This document shows positions 33,124 to 43,776 of a DNA stretch of 64,000 nt, one piece after another. A program made the translations under genes and the position numbers. The notes under the pieces were generated by a model. The model was not told where the DNA came from, made no database searches, and saw only the letters and a list, made by a program, of their open reading frames with translations. This DNA is from Candidatus Vogelbacteria bacterium (GTDB lineage Bacteria > Patescibacteriota > Minisyncoccia > Phycocordibacterales > XYD1-FULL-46-19): the NCBI GenBank assembly GCA_021414225.1, contig JAIOOX010000001.1:6624-70623 (forward strand). Direction: 5' to 3'. Numbering within the stretch: the stretch's first letter is position 1; every line of letters begins with the position of its first letter.

Positions 33124-34425
33124 TTAGGAGTTGAGCTTGGTTATTAGGCCGGCTATGGTCACCCGTTCTTGCTCACCGCTATCACGATGACGAATGGTGA
33201 CCGTCTCATCTTCAAGGGTATCAAAATCGATAGTCACACAGTAAGGAGTTCCTATCTCATCCTGACGGCGATAACGTTTACCAATATTGCCATTATCATC
33301 AAAGACTACTCGGCCAAAATTGGCTTTTAGTTCAGCAAAGATCGTTCGAGCCTTAGCAATTAATTCTGGTTTATTTTTAAGAAGTGGGAAAACAGCCACT
33401 AGCACAGGGGCGACACTAGGGGCTAAAGCCAAATAACTTCGAGCCTCTCCATTCATTTCATCTTCTCGATAAGCATCACTCAATACAGCTAGAACTGTTC
33501 GATCTACCCCAAAAGACGGTTCAATGACATGTGGAATAAAACGTTCTTTAGACTCTTCATCGTAGTACGACAAGTCAACAGTGGAGTTTTCCGAATGCTT
33601 TTTGAGATCGTAGTCGGTTCGATAAGCTAAACCATAAAGCTCCTTGCGACCAAAAGGAAAATCAAATTCAAAATCAATTGTTCTTTCAGAATAATGGGCC
33701 CGGTCTTCCGCTGCCACCTCCAACTCATGAACATGTCCAGCCTCCAAGCCAATCTCCGCATTAAAAGCCAAGACTTCCAATCTTAACTCTTCAAAAGCTT
33801 TTTGCCAGTCGATCGGCTTAACAAAATATTCAATTTCCATTTGCTCAAACTCTCGAGTTCTAAACACAAAATCCCGAGGCGCTATTTCGTTACGAAAAGC
33901 CTTTCCAATCTGAGCCAAACCAAACGGCAATTTGGGATGAAAAGAGTCCAGCACATTTTTGAAGTTCACAAACATCCCCTGAGCTGTTTCTGGTCGTAAA
34001 TAAGACACTGATGTTTCGTCTTGGACTGCCCCCACATTAGTTTTAAACATCATATTAAAAGCTTTCTCAGCTCCTAAAGCTCCCCCGCAGTCTGGACATT
34101 TTTCTTTGTCAGCTAAGTGATCAGCTCTAAAACGTTTTTGACACTTAACACATTCAACCAAGGGGTCAGCAAATCCATCCACGTGACCTGAAGCTTGCCA
34201 CACATTTTGATTCATCAAAATAGCCGCATCAAAACCATACATATCCTCTCGATCGTCTACAAACCGCTTCCACCACAACCGTTTAATATTATTTTTAAGC
34301 GCTACCCCTAAAGGGCCGTAATCCCAAGTCCCAGCCAGGCCACCATAAATTTCCGAGCCCTGGTAAATAAAACCGCGCCTCTTAGCTAAACTAACTATCT
34401 TTTCCATCGTTTTCTCTGTATCCAT
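33124..34425 (-). CDS. glyQS: Glycine--tRNA ligase, alpha2 (eukaryote/archaeal) type
   Basis: KRRGF, YLRPETAQG, FRNEI, REFEQME, IGKRYRRQDEIGTP. Confidence 0.95.
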   Translation of the reverse strand: MDTEKTMEKIVSLAKRRGFIYQGSEIYGGLAGTWDYGPLGVALKNNIKRLWWKRFVDDREDMYGFDAAILMNQNVWQASGHVDGFADPLVECVKCQKRFRADHLADKEKCPDCGGALGAEKAFNMMFKTNVGAVQDETSVSYLRPETAQGMFVNFKNVLDSFHPKLPFGLAQIGKAFRNEIAPRDFVFRTREFEQMEIEYFVKPIDWQKAFEELRLEVLAFNAEIGLEAGHVHELEVAAEDRAHYSERTIDFEFDFPFGRKELYGLAYRTDYDLKKHSENSTVDLSYYDEESKERFIPHVIEPSFGVDRTVLAVLSDAYREDEMNGEARSYLALAPSVAPVLVAVFPLLKNKPELIAKARTIFAELKANFGRVVFDDNGNIGKRYRRQDEIGTPYCVTIDFDTLEDETVTIRHRDSGEQERVTIAGLITKLNS

Positions 34426-34430
34426 GACTC

Positions 34431-36353
34431 TTACTCTACCACCAAACCGTCCTTAACTTCAAACCCTGGCTCTGATAACAAACTAGTGTTTAAAGTATTT
34501 TTAGTATCTTGTAAAGTATTATTAGTAAAAAGATCAACCCCAGATAATAGGATATTTTTGACTATAACCGCCGGCCGCTGACGATCAGTAAGACTAGGAG
34601 TAAGCCCTACTTTGAAGATCACTTCCCTAGGAGCCATTTTAACCCCTGTTCCTGCTACTACCCTACCTAGATCCCACCGCACCTCACTAGTGACCGGGTT
34701 ATAAGTTACTTTTTCCGACTTGGGAGTTGTTTCTCCGATAAATCTCACCCCTTGAGGCAAGACCACCTTAACATAGGAATCACTAACATCATTTGAGGTG
34801 TTCAAAACAGATATATCAATAGAATAAGTGGTCTCTTGATCCACCTTTGGCGGGATTGGACCAGTATTGGTCAGAGGCCCGGTCTGGTGAAGCACTTTGG
34901 CTGATAAGCGCAAAATAGAATTCAATTTAATCTTTCGACTAATTTTGGTTTCAATATTTTCAGTTGGAAAGCCCTCAGAAATTCTCGTCCCTCGAATCAC
35001 CGCATTAAGTTTAATAGTTGGATTAACAATACCAGCCATCGCTTGATCAAACAAAGAGTAAGAGTTGAACGTAAAAGAAGTTTTACCAGACTCAAGCGAA
35101 GTTATATCAGCCAACTTAGGTTCAGCCACTTGTGTCCAACTAATCGTTCCATCACTCACTCGATAAAAACCCGTGCCTGGAGAAACACTAGATTTATTAA
35201 AAGGCTCTCCCGACAAACTCACTTCTAGCTGATTATTGACCACCTTACTAGCCAAACTATTAATCCAGTTTAAATCAACCCGAATAGTGCCCCCACTGGT
35301 CACCACCGGTTCAATAGAAGCACTACCATTAATACTTGTATCCAGAGCAATAAACGGTTGCTTTAGGGTTATAGTCTTAAACACTTCAGTAAATTTTGTT
35401 TCAATCGCTCCTTCATCAATAATATCCTGAACTCCAAGTAAAGCCTGAAAAATCTTTACCTCTTGATTAACTCCTGTTAGTCGGCCCTTAATAGTAAAAT
35501 TCTGCTCACTCCCGGATTTTATCTCACCCAAAACCCAAAAGTTGTTGTCTTTGGTTGGCTCTAAGGTCGAACTGATAAATTCAAATCCTCGGGGATAGCT
35601 GATCTGCAAAGCAATCCCCCGCAACACTGATTGAGCGTTAGAAGTAATTTTAACATCTAAGGAAACTTCATGGTCAACTATCGATTCTGGAACAGCTGTA
35701 ATCGCAATACTAACCGGCGGTGAGCTAATAATTAAATTATATTTGGAATCTTTTTGATAGACCGCATTCGATCCGTAAACTCGATAAGCAATCGAACCAG
35801 TCACTTCTCTGGCTTCGTTTTCATTACCAAATAAAGCCGCCGAGACTGACTTGTTGATAGTTTCACCGGGAGCAATACTACCAACTGGTAATTCTACTTT
35901 ACGTAATGGTACAGTAGCATCACCAGGTTGTTTAGTATCGTTAGGATACTCAACCGTTAAGACCACTTGATCTAGGGCTAATTTATTACGATTAGTTATG
36001 ATAATTTGAAAATTTGTTTCGTCGCCAGCCTTGGTAGTAGCGGGACCACTAATAGAAAAATCAATATTACGATTGGAGATTAAATTGGCTCCCTGAAAAA
36101 ACCAAAATCCAGCGACCGCCAGAGTTAAAGCAAAAAAAATAGCCGAGATTAAAGCTAATTTATAGAGAAAGCCTTTTGTAAAACTATCATTATTTGAAGT
36201 GATGGCCTGATTGGAATCAGTCCAAACTGGGACCACTTCTTGGTATTTAGGAGATAATTTTGATCGCCTTACTCCCCCAACAGAAACATCTCGATCGTAT
36301 AATCTTTTCTTTAATTCCTCGATCCGATTAAATTCTTCATTATTAGCGTTCAT
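34431..36353 (-). CDS. Large single-pass membrane protein with repeated Ig-like domains
   Basis: One TM then beta domains with recurring (Y/L)PxG(F/V)xF and WxLG motifs. Confidence 0.7.
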   Translation of the reverse strand: MNANNEEFNRIEELKKRLYDRDVSVGGVRRSKLSPKYQEVVPVWTDSNQAITSNNDSFTKGFLYKLALISAIFFALTLAVAGFWFFQGANLISNRNIDFSISGPATTKAGDETNFQIIITNRNKLALDQVVLTVEYPNDTKQPGDATVPLRKVELPVGSIAPGETINKSVSAALFGNENEAREVTGSIAYRVYGSNAVYQKDSKYNLIISSPPVSIAITAVPESIVDHEVSLDVKITSNAQSVLRGIALQISYPRGFEFISSTLEPTKDNNFWVLGEIKSGSEQNFTIKGRLTGVNQEVKIFQALLGVQDIIDEGAIETKFTEVFKTITLKQPFIALDTSINGSASIEPVVTSGGTIRVDLNWINSLASKVVNNQLEVSLSGEPFNKSSVSPGTGFYRVSDGTISWTQVAEPKLADITSLESGKTSFTFNSYSLFDQAMAGIVNPTIKLNAVIRGTRISEGFPTENIETKISRKIKLNSILRLSAKVLHQTGPLTNTGPIPPKVDQETTYSIDISVLNTSNDVSDSYVKVVLPQGVRFIGETTPKSEKVTYNPVTSEVRWDLGRVVAGTGVKMAPREVIFKVGLTPSLTDRQRPAVIVKNILLSGVDLFTNNTLQDTKNTLNTSLLSEPGFEVKDGLVVE

Positions 36354-36390
36354 CTAATAATTATACCATGAGTAGAGTTCGTCAAAAATA

Positions 36391-36987
36391 CTACAGGTGA
36401 GTAGCCTTGAGTGAGTTGTTAATAGTCTGAATCATTGGTCGACGGACAGCGTCTAATTTAATTTGAGCTAAGTCTGTCCAAGAGAAATGGTCGATGAAGA
36501 TCCGTAATTCTGGAATATCAGGAATGTAACCTAAGTGGTGCAGAACTCGCAATAAAGTAACGAGCTCAATGTTTTCTAATTCTAAATGACGCCCTTGATC
36601 AACAACCAAACTAATCTGTTTGAACGAGCCTAAAATATCGTCAAACAGAACAGGGTGACTATCCTCACCCTTAACCAACCTTTTGACCACGTTGATAATT
36701 TGTCCCACAACCAGTCGAGCGGATTTATGTTTAACAAAAACAGTCGTAAGACCATAATTTTCTACCCCCACCAACCGCCACACTTCCCGACCTCTCACTA
36801 CACTCAGTCTAATATAACTATACAAAGATAGATGTGGTCTTAATTTAGATTCTGGACGACGATAAGCTTTAACGTGAACAAAAATTAAACCTAAATCTCT
36901 CGTAAAAACACCCACTCGAGCATCCCACTCACTGACACTCGTTTTCGAGATCACAACACCATCCGTGTGATATATGTGATGAGCCAT
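36391..36987 (-). CDS. recO: DNA repair protein RecO-like
   Basis: TDGVVI...FTRDLGLI...SKLR OB fold; LHHLGY. Confidence 0.78.
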   Translation of the reverse strand: MAHHIYHTDGVVISKTSVSEWDARVGVFTRDLGLIFVHVKAYRRPESKLRPHLSLYSYIRLSVVRGREVWRLVGVENYGLTTVFVKHKSARLVVGQIINVVKRLVKGEDSHPVLFDDILGSFKQISLVVDQGRHLELENIELVTLLRVLHHLGYIPDIPELRIFIDHFSWTDLAQIKLDAVRRPMIQTINNSLKATHL

Positions 36988-36990
36988 AAT

Positions 36991-39900
36991 TTAACGTAAA
37001 GCCAAAGAGAAAGATCGACCATCAATCAATAAACTATCAACCCCTGTTATCAGTTCAAACACGATCGATCGAGAGTTGGTTACTCGCAAAATTTCGGTTT
37101 GGTACTTTTCTACTAAAATCTGACTGTCTGGATCAGTACTAATTACCACACTAACAATATCAGTTGGTAATAAACCATTACTTTTACGCAATTCTTGAAT
37201 ATGTCGAATCAAATCTCTAACCAAACCTTCTTCTTTTAACTCAGAGGTAATATTTGTATCCAACTGGACAGGTTCGGACAGGGTCTCATCAACCGAAACA
37301 TTTTTTACATTAACCTCTTCAGCGATCATGACTAAGTAGGCCGGACTTAATGTCTTTTTAATCATCAATTGAGCTAGTGGTTGGCGAACTTTAATTCCCG
37401 CTTCAGCTCTCAAGCGCAATCCCTGCTCAACAATAATTCTAGCTTCGGCCATATCAGCAATCACTACTTCATCAAAAGAAGTGGCCACAGGCCAGTCAGT
37501 TAGGTGGACACTAATTTGATCTTCGGGATTTTTTAATTTTTGGAAAATATCTTCAGCTATAAACGGTGTAAGCGGGGCCATTATTTTAGCTAAGACAAGT
37601 AAGACGTGACTAGTGGTTATTTTGACCAAAGTCCGATCTTTTATATCTTCACTTTTAAACCGATCTCGACTACGACGAATATACCAATTGGACAAGTCAT
37701 CAATAAAGTCATCAATTGGTCTAACCGCTCGGTCCAATTCATAGTTATCCAGCGCTTTACCCACCTCTAAAGTGACCTGGTTTAGTCGGCTGGTAATCCA
37801 AAGATCTAAAATGTTGTCAGATTTTTCAGAACCAATCTTCAGATCTTTATCTGCATACATTTCATAGAAAGAAATTACGTTTTGCAGTCGAGCAATGACT
37901 CGCCGACTAGTCTCACTCAGAGTTCGCTCTGAAAAAGCAAACTCCTCCGCTCTAACTGATGGACAACCCAATAAATAAAAGCGTAAAGCATCAGCCCCAT
38001 ATTTATCAATTGTCGGATGAAGGTCTGGATAATTTTTCAATTTCTTACTCATCTTTTGACCGTCTTCCGCCAAAATCAAACCATTCACAATCACATTTTT
38101 AAATACCGGTTTATTAAACAAAGCCGTCGACAAAACAGACAGCGAATAAAACCAGCCTCGAGTTTGGTCTAAACCTTCAGCAATAAAATCAGCTGGGAAA
38201 TTTTGATTAGTCTCAGGATCAAACTGGTTTTTATCTCCAAACGGATAATGCGCTTGGGCGTAAGGCATCGATCCAGACTCAAACCAGCAGTCAAACACAT
38301 CAGATACTCGAATAAGATTTCCACCACATGAACAGGTCCACTTAAATTCATCAATGTATGGGCGATGAAGATCTAACTCATAATTTTTATTATGAGGATA
38401 TGACCTAACCACCGCCTCTCTAGCTTCACCAGTTTTGAAATACAAGTCACTCCATTTTTCTATTTTTAATAAGTCGTCAATTGTTTTGAAATTCAAATAC
38501 TGTTCCGCCAAGAACAGTGGTAAACCATGAGAAACAACCAGGATTGTTTCATTTTCATGACTATTATTAATATCCATGATAGCACCCAACATTCGAGCTG
38601 ATATTTCATGAATAGTTTCCCCTCCAGGTAAAGCCTTAAAGAAACGTTCATTTCTATTTTTAAACTGGGCATTAAATTCCGCCCAAGGTTTACCATTAAA
38701 GCCCCCGGTTTTAAGTTCTCTTATTTTCTCTTCAGTAACAATATCCTCGATTGGAAAACCGATCGTCTCCGCCACCAATTTGGCTGTCTCTTGAGTCCGC
38801 ACAAATGGTGAGGCAAAGATTTTAGTTATACCTATATCTTTCAAACCACTCGCTGTTTTTGATACCTGACTCCTACCAGTCTCACTTAATTTATTAACTT
38901 CAGTTGGATCATCACTAATAACATCTCGAACATTACCACCAGCTTCACCATGGCGCATCAAAATAAATTTATTTCCACGAGTTGGAAGTTTGCTCACCAA
39001 ATCCTCCACCGAACCAAGGACTTCGCTTTTTTCACAAGAATCACATTTCCAGACCGGCAGTGGTGCTCCCCAAAAACGGGATCGAGAAATAGCCCAATCG
39101 CGAGCCCCTTCTAACCATTTACCGAACCTCCCATCTTTAATATGATCGGGAATCCAGTTGATCTGCTGATTATTAGCAATTAGCTTATCTTTAAAATCAG
39201 TTACTTTTACAAACCACGACGAGGAGGCGTAGTTGAGAAGTGGTGTATCACAGCGCCAACAGTGAGGATAGGAGTGGACGATTTTTTCTTTGGCAAATAA
39301 CACCTCTTTGGCGGCTAGTAGTTTAATCACTTCAATATCAGTCGCCTGGTGGTCGTCTTTTGGTTTAGCTTGTTTACCAGCCAGATCAGTCACTTCTAGT
39401 TTGAATTCCCCGTTGGTGCCCACATGCTGAATAAAAGGCAGATTGTATTGCTGACCCAACTTCATATCATCTTCACCAAAAGCCGGTGCAATATGGACAA
39501 TCCCTGTCCCATCTTCAGTTGTCACAAAATCAGCTCCATAAACTTGCCAACCGTTATCACGATTGACTAATTTTTCATCTTTGGAGTAATGATCAAATAC
39601 TGGTTTATATTTTTTACCAACCAATTTTTCCCCATTAAATTGTTCAACGATTTCATAATCACTCTTCAGGTTTTTTTCAACTAAGTTTTTGGCGAGAATA
39701 TAAAATTTACCATCCTTAACCACTTTCACATATTCAACTTCTTTGTTAACCGCCAAAGCCACGTTACCAGACAAGGTCCAAGGTGTCGTTGTCCAAGCCA
39801 ATAAATAGGTCCCTGGTTCATCAACTAGTTCAAATTTTACTGTCACTGAGATATCAGTAATGTCTTTATAGCCCTGATTAACTTCAAAGTTAGATAAAGT

Positions 39901-40464
39901 AGTCTCACAACGCGGACACAATTGCATTGACTTAAACCCTTGGTAAATCAAATTTTTGTCATGGAGAATTTTAAAAATCCACCAAATTGATTCGGTGTAA
40001 GTAGGATTCATAGTTTTATAATCATTCTCCATGTCCACCCAGCGACCCATGCGGTAAATAACCTCTTTCCAATCAGAAGCATAACGAAGCACACTCGCTC
40101 GAGCGGCTTCGTTAAAAACATCGATTCCTAAAGTCTCAATGTCTTTTTTAACTTTTAACCCCAACTCTTTCTCAACCACATTCTCAACCGGTAAGCCATG
40201 ACAGTCCCAACCCCAGCGTCTAAAGACCCGCTTCCCTTTCATGGTTTGATAGCGAGGAATAGCATCTTTAATCGAGGTTGGCAATAAGTGACCAAAGTGG
40301 GGCAAGCCATTGGCAAATGGCGGACCATCATAAAAAACAAAATCCCCCGCTTTACCCGGCCGACTTTCGGTCTGTTCAAAAATTTTATTGGTACGCCAAA
40401 ACTCCAGAATTTCTTCTTCACGTTTGGCGACATTACTTTTTGTTTCTTTTTCTGGTTCAGCCAT
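36991..40464 (-). CDS. ileS: Isoleucine--tRNA ligase (type 2) with inserted histidine-phosphatase domain
   Basis: DGPPFANGLPHFGH, GWDCHGLP, WTTTPWTL, DQTRGWF, KMSK; insert with MRHGE and VVSHG. Confidence 0.95.
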   Translation of the reverse strand: MAEPEKETKSNVAKREEEILEFWRTNKIFEQTESRPGKAGDFVFYDGPPFANGLPHFGHLLPTSIKDAIPRYQTMKGKRVFRRWGWDCHGLPVENVVEKELGLKVKKDIETLGIDVFNEAARASVLRYASDWKEVIYRMGRWVDMENDYKTMNPTYTESIWWIFKILHDKNLIYQGFKSMQLCPRCETTLSNFEVNQGYKDITDISVTVKFELVDEPGTYLLAWTTTPWTLSGNVALAVNKEVEYVKVVKDGKFYILAKNLVEKNLKSDYEIVEQFNGEKLVGKKYKPVFDHYSKDEKLVNRDNGWQVYGADFVTTEDGTGIVHIAPAFGEDDMKLGQQYNLPFIQHVGTNGEFKLEVTDLAGKQAKPKDDHQATDIEVIKLLAAKEVLFAKEKIVHSYPHCWRCDTPLLNYASSSWFVKVTDFKDKLIANNQQINWIPDHIKDGRFGKWLEGARDWAISRSRFWGAPLPVWKCDSCEKSEVLGSVEDLVSKLPTRGNKFILMRHGEAGGNVRDVISDDPTEVNKLSETGRSQVSKTASGLKDIGITKIFASPFVRTQETAKLVAETIGFPIEDIVTEEKIRELKTGGFNGKPWAEFNAQFKNRNERFFKALPGGETIHEISARMLGAIMDINNSHENETILVVSHGLPLFLAEQYLNFKTIDDLLKIEKWSDLYFKTGEAREAVVRSYPHNKNYELDLHRPYIDEFKWTCSCGGNLIRVSDVFDCWFESGSMPYAQAHYPFGDKNQFDPETNQNFPADFIAEGLDQTRGWFYSLSVLSTALFNKPVFKNVIVNGLILAEDGQKMSKKLKNYPDLHPTIDKYGADALRFYLLGCPSVRAEEFAFSERTLSETSRRVIARLQNVISFYEMYADKDLKIGSEKSDNILDLWITSRLNQVTLEVGKALDNYELDRAVRPIDDFIDDLSNWYIRRSRDRFKSEDIKDRTLVKITTSHVLLVLAKIMAPLTPFIAEDIFQKLKNPEDQISVHLTDWPVATSFDEVVIADMAEARIIVEQGLRLRAEAGIKVRQPLAQLMIKKTLSPAYLVMIAEEVNVKNVSVDETLSEPVQLDTNITSELKEEGLVRDLIRHIQELRKSNGLLPTDIVSVVISTDPDSQILVEKYQTEILRVTNSRSIVFELITGVDSLLIDGRSFSLALR

Positions 40465-40467
40465 AGG

Positions 40468-42186
40468 TTACATCTTATCGGGTGCTACTATTCCGAGCAA
40501 GTACAGACCATTCTTCATCACAATCGAGAAACTTTCAGTCAAAGCTACTTTATAACCCGACTCCAAATCATTAGCGTCAACGATTTTATTTTGAGCGTAA
40601 AAGTTATTGAAGCTAGCAGCCAGTTCTAACAAATAGGTCACAATATAGTGTGGAGAGAATTCTTTGCCGGCTCGTTCCACCACTTCTGGAAAACGATAAA
40701 GTAACTTTTCTAACACATAAATTTCCTCCACTGTTTTCTTGGTTGTTTTTTCAATACCAGCCTTATTGGCTTTGTCTAAAATAGATTTAGCTCTCGTGTA
40801 AGCGTATTGCAAATAAGGACCAGAATCACCTTCAAACGAGATCGATTTGTCAAAATCAAAAATCACGTCTTTTCCAGGTGCCTGACGCAAGATGGAGAAT
40901 TTGATAGCCCCAACCGCTACCGCCTCGACCACCTGGGCTTTGGTCGCCTGATCATAGTCACGATCTTTAATTTTATCAGCTACCATCTTTTTTATATCTT
41001 CAATTATCGAGACAGCTGTAATCACGTCACCGGTCCGTGAAGACATCTTACCAGACGGCAATCGCAACATACCATGAGACAAGTGAACCGTTTTCTCTGC
41101 TAGTTGAGGAAAAACCAACTCCATAGCCTTTAAAACTACTTTGAAGTAGTCATTGACCTCATTGCCGGTTATCACAACCGATAAATCATAAGGATAGTCT
41201 TCATATTTTATATGAGCTAAACCAAGTTCCTTAGCTTCATAAGTTGGCAAACCTTCTGAGTTTATAAAAACCCGAGTATGCAAACCAAAGTCTTCGCCTG
41301 GGAAAATAATCGCCCCATCGCTTTGTTTAAAAATATCCTTCTTGAGGGAATCCATTACTATCTTCTGACCAAAGTCCCCGGTCGCACTCTCAAAAAAGAA
41401 GTGGTCAAACTTAGTACCAAGTATTTTGTAAATCGAATTAAAGTAGTCTAGACTCCAGTTTTTACCGGTATCATAATAGTAATTAGTTGAATTATTATTC
41501 CTTAAATAAATTTCTTTATTCAGCTCAATTATTAATTGCTTCACCTCTGGATTAGATTCATATTCTTTAGCTCCAAAACTATAAGCGCGACCCAAAAAGT
41601 TAGCACGGGTCGTTTCGTCACCCAGTAATTTAACTTTCCAAAAATCAAACTTCTGATGTTGTAAACCATAAACCGCTTTCGCAATATGCAAACCTACATC
41701 ACCTTGATAACAAGCTCGGTGCAACTCTGCTCCACTGTAGCCAATAACCCTAGAAATAGATTCACCAATAATATTAGACATCAAGTGACCCAAATGAAAT
41801 TCTTTAAACGGATTAGGGTCTGTATATTCAACAATTACTTTTTTATTTTTTAAATTATTGTTAGCTCCGTAACTAGCCCCATTTTTACCAATCATCTCCA
41901 GACTATCACCAAAAAAACTAGGAGCTAGGTAGAAATTAATAAAGCCAAAACCAGCAATCTCCACTTTTTCTAATCCCGCTATTGGTTGTTTATTGAAGGC
42001 CGCCACAATCGCCCGAGCCACTTCCAAAGGACTCATCTCCAGCTTTTTACCATAAACCAGGGCAACATTGGTCGAATAGTCACCATGAGATAAGTCGCCT
42101 GGATGTTCTAAGACTACCTGAGGTCTTTTAACCCCAAGCTCTTTAAGTGCCTCCCCAATAATTCGGTTAATATCGTTAGTTACCAT
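40468..42186 (-). CDS. argS: Arginine--tRNA ligase
   Basis: HGDYSTN, DPNPFKEFHLGH, KMSSRTG, GPYLQYAYTR. Confidence 0.96.
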   Translation of the reverse strand: MVTNDINRIIGEALKELGVKRPQVVLEHPGDLSHGDYSTNVALVYGKKLEMSPLEVARAIVAAFNKQPIAGLEKVEIAGFGFINFYLAPSFFGDSLEMIGKNGASYGANNNLKNKKVIVEYTDPNPFKEFHLGHLMSNIIGESISRVIGYSGAELHRACYQGDVGLHIAKAVYGLQHQKFDFWKVKLLGDETTRANFLGRAYSFGAKEYESNPEVKQLIIELNKEIYLRNNNSTNYYYDTGKNWSLDYFNSIYKILGTKFDHFFFESATGDFGQKIVMDSLKKDIFKQSDGAIIFPGEDFGLHTRVFINSEGLPTYEAKELGLAHIKYEDYPYDLSVVITGNEVNDYFKVVLKAMELVFPQLAEKTVHLSHGMLRLPSGKMSSRTGDVITAVSIIEDIKKMVADKIKDRDYDQATKAQVVEAVAVGAIKFSILRQAPGKDVIFDFDKSISFEGDSGPYLQYAYTRAKSILDKANKAGIEKTTKKTVEEIYVLEKLLYRFPEVVERAGKEFSPHYIVTYLLELAASFNNFYAQNKIVDANDLESGYKVALTESFSIVMKNGLYLLGIVAPDKM

Positions 42187-42333
42187 AGCCTATTTGGCTA
42201 TCATAACATAAAAGGCCCCTAGGGAAAGCAGTTTATTTATGACCGTAAATTAGCCTCATAGCCCAATCTAGACTCAAGTGATATAGTTTAATTATTAATA
42301 AAGGTCTTAGTTATTTAAATAAATAAGCTATAT

Positions 42334-42600
42334 ATGAAAAATAAATGTAACCTCGCTTTAGTTGGTTGGATTTTGTTAGCTATCGGTGGTCTAAACTGGG
42401 GCTTAGTTGGTATTAGTTATTTTGTTGAACGAAATTTAAATTTAGTAAACTTGCTGTTTGGCAAAATACCGACCCTAGAAGCAACTGTTTATATTGTCGT
42501 TGGTCTAGCTGCTATCGCTTCATTCCTACATTGTAAATGTAAAAAATGTCAGAATTGTTCTTGCTCTGACTCGAACTGCAATCACTGTAAAGTTCAGTAA
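42334..42600 (+). CDS. DUF378-like small membrane protein with Cys-rich tail
   Basis: IGGLNWGLVG...NLVNLLFG...YIVVGLAA. Confidence 0.8.
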   Translation: MKNKCNLALVGWILLAIGGLNWGLVGISYFVERNLNLVNLLFGKIPTLEATVYIVVGLAAIASFLHCKCKKCQNCSCSDSNCNHCKVQ

Positions 42601-42646
42601 TCAACCAAAAAAACACCCCTCAATTGAGGGGTGTTTTTTTGGTTGA
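42601..42646. terminator. Perfect palindromic bidirectional terminator
   Basis: TCAACCAAAAAAACACCCCTC-AATT-GAGGGGTGTTTTTTTGGTTGA between convergent genes. Confidence 0.85.
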
Positions 42647-42653
42647 GGGCAAA

Positions 42654-43079
42654 TTAAGCTCTCCCTGTACTACCAAACCGTCCATCTCCCCGACTCGATT
42701 CTGACATTTCCTCAACCTCTTCCAGGGTGGCAATCTCAACCGGCATAACAACCAGTTGAGCAATTTTATCTCCTTTCTCAATCACATAAGGCTCTTGACC
42801 TAAGTTAATTAAATTAACATTGTACTCCCCTCGATAGCCTGCGTCATAAACTCCACCCATGGTATGAATACCGCCATTTTTTGGCAAACTTCCTTTATCT
42901 TTAACTAGGACCGCAAAGCCATTTGGAAACTCCAAAGCAAAACCAAGAAAAAATATTCTTCTTTCTCCAGGCTGTAATTCATATCTTTCAAGGGAAAATA
43001 AATCTAAACCAACATCGCCAGGATGAGCATAAGAAGGCAATTTAGCTTCTGGGTTAAGTTTCTTGATTTTTAAATTCAT
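42654..43079 (-). CDS. dut: dUTP diphosphatase
   Basis: GLDL, GGVYDAGYRGE, GDKIAQLV, RGDGRFGSTG. Confidence 0.95.
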   Translation of the reverse strand: MNLKIKKLNPEAKLPSYAHPGDVGLDLFSLERYELQPGERRIFFLGFALEFPNGFAVLVKDKGSLPKNGGIHTMGGVYDAGYRGEYNVNLINLGQEPYVIEKGDKIAQLVVMPVEIATLEEVEEMSESSRGDGRFGSTGRA

Positions 43080-43093
43080 ATTTATATCTAAAT

Positions 43094-43774
43094 TTAACTA
43101 AGTAATTTTTTAATCACAATTGAAATCTGTTCATGAATATCTGGTATAGGTTTAGGCCTATCCCCATCAGCGCAATCAATTACAGTCCAACCATATTGTT
43201 TGGCGACCTCTAAATAAGCTTGTGAGGCTTTTTCTAAGTGCTGGAGATCGGCTTCATGAATATCTCTTTTTTTACCTTGAGTGTACTCTCTAGCCGACTT
43301 CTGATCGACTAATTTTTGACCTACAGCTGGTGGCATAAACAAAATAATCACCGCATCTGGTTTTGGAATATTAAGCATTCCAAACTCTAAATCTAATAAC
43401 CAGGTCAGGAATTTTTGACGCTCAACCGGATCGGCAATTTTACCAGCCTGATGCCCAATATTAGAGGAGACATAACGATTAGCGATCACCACCCACCCTT
43501 CAGCCAACCACTGTCTGATCTCGGTCGCTTTATCAAAGCGATCTAAAGCATAAAACAATGAGGCCTTATAAGGTCCAACTTCATCCGCTGATCCATATTC
43601 ACCGCGTAAATATTTTTCAACAAACCAAGCACTGCCATTACCATATTGAGGAAAATCAACCATTTTCACTTTCCGCCCCTCAGTTGCCAGACGTTCGATG
43701 ATTAAAGCTGTCTGGGTCCCCTTACCTGAGCCATCCGTACCATCAATGACAATAAAAATACCTTGCTTAATCAT
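43094..43774 (-). CDS. tmk: Thymidylate kinase
   Basis: DGTDGSGKGTQ, NRYVSSN, PKPD. Confidence 0.92.
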   Translation of the reverse strand: MIKQGIFIVIDGTDGSGKGTQTALIIERLATEGRKVKMVDFPQYGNGSAWFVEKYLRGEYGSADEVGPYKASLFYALDRFDKATEIRQWLAEGWVVIANRYVSSNIGHQAGKIADPVERQKFLTWLLDLEFGMLNIPKPDAVIILFMPPAVGQKLVDQKSAREYTQGKKRDIHEADLQHLEKASQAYLEVAKQYGWTVIDCADGDRPKPIPDIHEQISIVIKKLLS

Positions 43775-43776
43775 GC

